This document shows, in pieces, positions 62,434 to 64,000 of a DNA stretch of 64,000 nt. Numbering within the stretch: position 1 is the stretch's first letter; each line of letters begins with the position of its first letter. The position numbers and the translations under genes are program-made. Source of the DNA: Chara braunii (lineage: Eukaryota > Plantae > Charophyceae); the NCBI GenBank assembly GCA_003427395.1, contig BFEA01000038.1, positions 151,242-215,241 on the forward strand, in the 5' to 3' direction. The notes beneath the pieces were generated by a model. That model did not search any database, was not told where the DNA came from, and saw only the letters and a list, made by a program, of their open reading frames with translations.

Positions 62434-62572
62434 CCGCTGTTCACGGCAGCTTCTAGGGAATCCGCTGTTCACGGCAGCTTCTAGGGAATCCGCTGTTCAC
62501 GGCAGCTTCTAGGGAATCCGCTGTTCACGGCAGCTTCTAGGGAATCCGCTGTTCACGGCAGCTTCTAGGGAA
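62434..62572. repeat. 28-bp tandem repeat x5
   Basis: Unit CCGCTGTTCACGGCAGCTTCTAGGGAAT; present once in the upstream pseudo-LTR. Confidence 0.95.
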
Positions 62573-62613
62573 GTGGTGACACGGAGTAGTCTTGGTGGAG
62601 GGTAGGGGTGTTA

Positions 62614-62661
62614 TCCCCTGAGGAGGCCACGACTGACACGTGGCCAAAACAGGTGTCGGGA
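62614..62661 (+). ncRNA. type I hammerhead ribozyme motif (G12>A variant)
   Basis: TCCC-CTGAGGA-GGCCACG(ACTGACA)CGTGGCC-AAAAC-AGGT-GTC-GGGA. A partial copy at 62753-62779 keeps GGCC-GAAAC-ACGT-GTC-GGGA. Confidence 0.7.
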
Positions 62662-62706
62662 GCTATGTCAGATGGGTGACGATCTATTTTCACAATCTTT
62701 ATCATC

Positions 62707-62748
<42 letters not shown>

Positions 62749-63935
62749 AGAAGACACGCGGCCGAAACACGTGTCGGGAGCTATGTCAGATACGTGACCA
62801 GCTTTTTGACAATCTTTGGGCCTCGCTGCACTACTCTCCACATGCACAACAGACAAAAAATATGGCGGTGCATCTTTACATGTTCTAGCGGAAGATTCAT
62901 TCTCATTTTTCACTTTTGGAGAGTAGTGCAGCATGGCCCTTTATCATCCTAATAAGCTCATTTGATCATCGCTGATCATTCTCGTCATCTGGTGACCACG
63001 TGTCTCATGTGCTTCCAGTACGTGTGATGCATGCCTGTGTATTTGCCCTTTTTAGTGCCACGTCACGCACCGCATGGGACAATTTATTTTTTTTACTGGC
63101 CCTGCGGACGCCCTGTCCCAAGCCTCAGAAATTAAATTTTAGGAGAGTCTCAATCGATTTCTCAAATTGGCTGGGGCCATGTACTGGTGGTCGTGGTTAA
63201 ACTCCTCTTGCCGCTCTGTTTCGTACTACACGCCTAATTCTTAGTAGGTTTTTTCTTTATTTTCAAGCTGTTTTTAACTTTCCCCCTCCGGGGACCAGGA
63301 CAGTCGGTCCCTGTTAGGGCCGCGGTGGGCCATTAGGAGAGTGTCAGTAGGGTCGGGACTCTGTCCGCTGGGCCGAGCTAGTCCCAATTTAGCGTAGTGT
63401 AGGGCTCCCGCAGGTTGCTTTCCTACGCTGGTTAAGTGAAACTTTACTGAGGAACTAATTACTGAATTTCTGAGTTATACACTATAGTAGTAGCAGCTAT
63501 CTGTTTGTAAACAGTTTTCCAGTGTTTAGACTGTTACTATGTTTGATGTTCGGTTAACTTGTCTGGTAAAGTCGATGTAGGAATCTGGGAAGTTGGTAGC
63601 TGGAACTTTCCGCAGGCGCAAGCCTGTAAGCTAAGCTGGCTGATGCTGTCAGTACTCCGGGTTGAATTGTGAGGTCCCCGGCCTCGTTCTCCACTTATAT
63701 AATGAATCAATTGTTTTGGGGGAAAAAAAAAAAAAAAAAAAAATTCCCCCTCCTGATCCGTCTTTTTCCCTCCTTCCTTCAAAAAAAAGGAAAAAAGGTC
63801 AATTCCCCTCTCTTTTCAAAATCTGTTTTAAAAACTTCCCTTCTCATGATCCTTTTTTTTCCCGCCATCCCTCAAACCCAGAGGAAAAAAAAAGTTTTTT
63901 TTATTTCTTTTAACTTCCCGCCACCTCAACGTCAC

Positions 63936-63936
<1 letters not shown>

Positions 63937-64000
<64 letters not shown>
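63937..64000. repeat. (CT)n microsatellite
   Basis: Direct reading. Confidence 0.95.

Larger units (their letters stand above)
56106..63051 (+). mobile_element. Penelope-like retroelement 2 with pseudo-LTRs (56106-57033; 60904-63051)
   Basis: The 3' end of the ORF plus its tail is duplicated upstream. GIY-YIG motif YVGISPWCKAAYIGKTERDL..HWSKH precedes RT motifs SYD..DMF, QEQGIQMDNSMSPPLAC and RLMDA. Confidence 0.88.

Noticed and set aside
62434-62572. CRISPR-like 28-bp repeats
   Set aside because: Head-to-tail with no spacers, no cas genes, and a eukaryotic context.

Overview
Repeat-rich eukaryotic genomic DNA, probably from a streptophyte alga such as Chara. That is an inference from the plant-like NOT1, the tRNA-iMet primer site and the Chlamys-type Penelope elements. 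The only host gene is a complete CCR4-NOT scaffold gene, NOT1/CNOT1 (44582-52270, minus strand, 2562 aa), whose CDS has no introns. The rest is mobile DNA and simple repeats. (1) A decayed 12.4-kb Ty3/gypsy LTR retrotransposon (4236-16613) with unusual architecture. It has no polypurine tract, and the terminal tip is missing from the 5' LTR but sits head-to-tail in front of the 3' LTR as a palindromic 'circle-junction' (split-direct-repeat-like). It also has a 26-bp flanking duplication, a PHD finger fused to integrase, and an extra 3' ORF coupled by an ATGA overlap. (2) Two decayed Penelope-like retroelements with an N-terminal GIY-YIG nuclease before the RT; one has pseudo-LTRs carrying type I hammerhead ribozyme motifs. 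(3) A solo LTR, several MITE families, two U6 snRNA fragments, and micro- and minisatellites. The window also contains four large assembly gaps and an untrimmed Nextera mate-pair junction adapter (an artefact).
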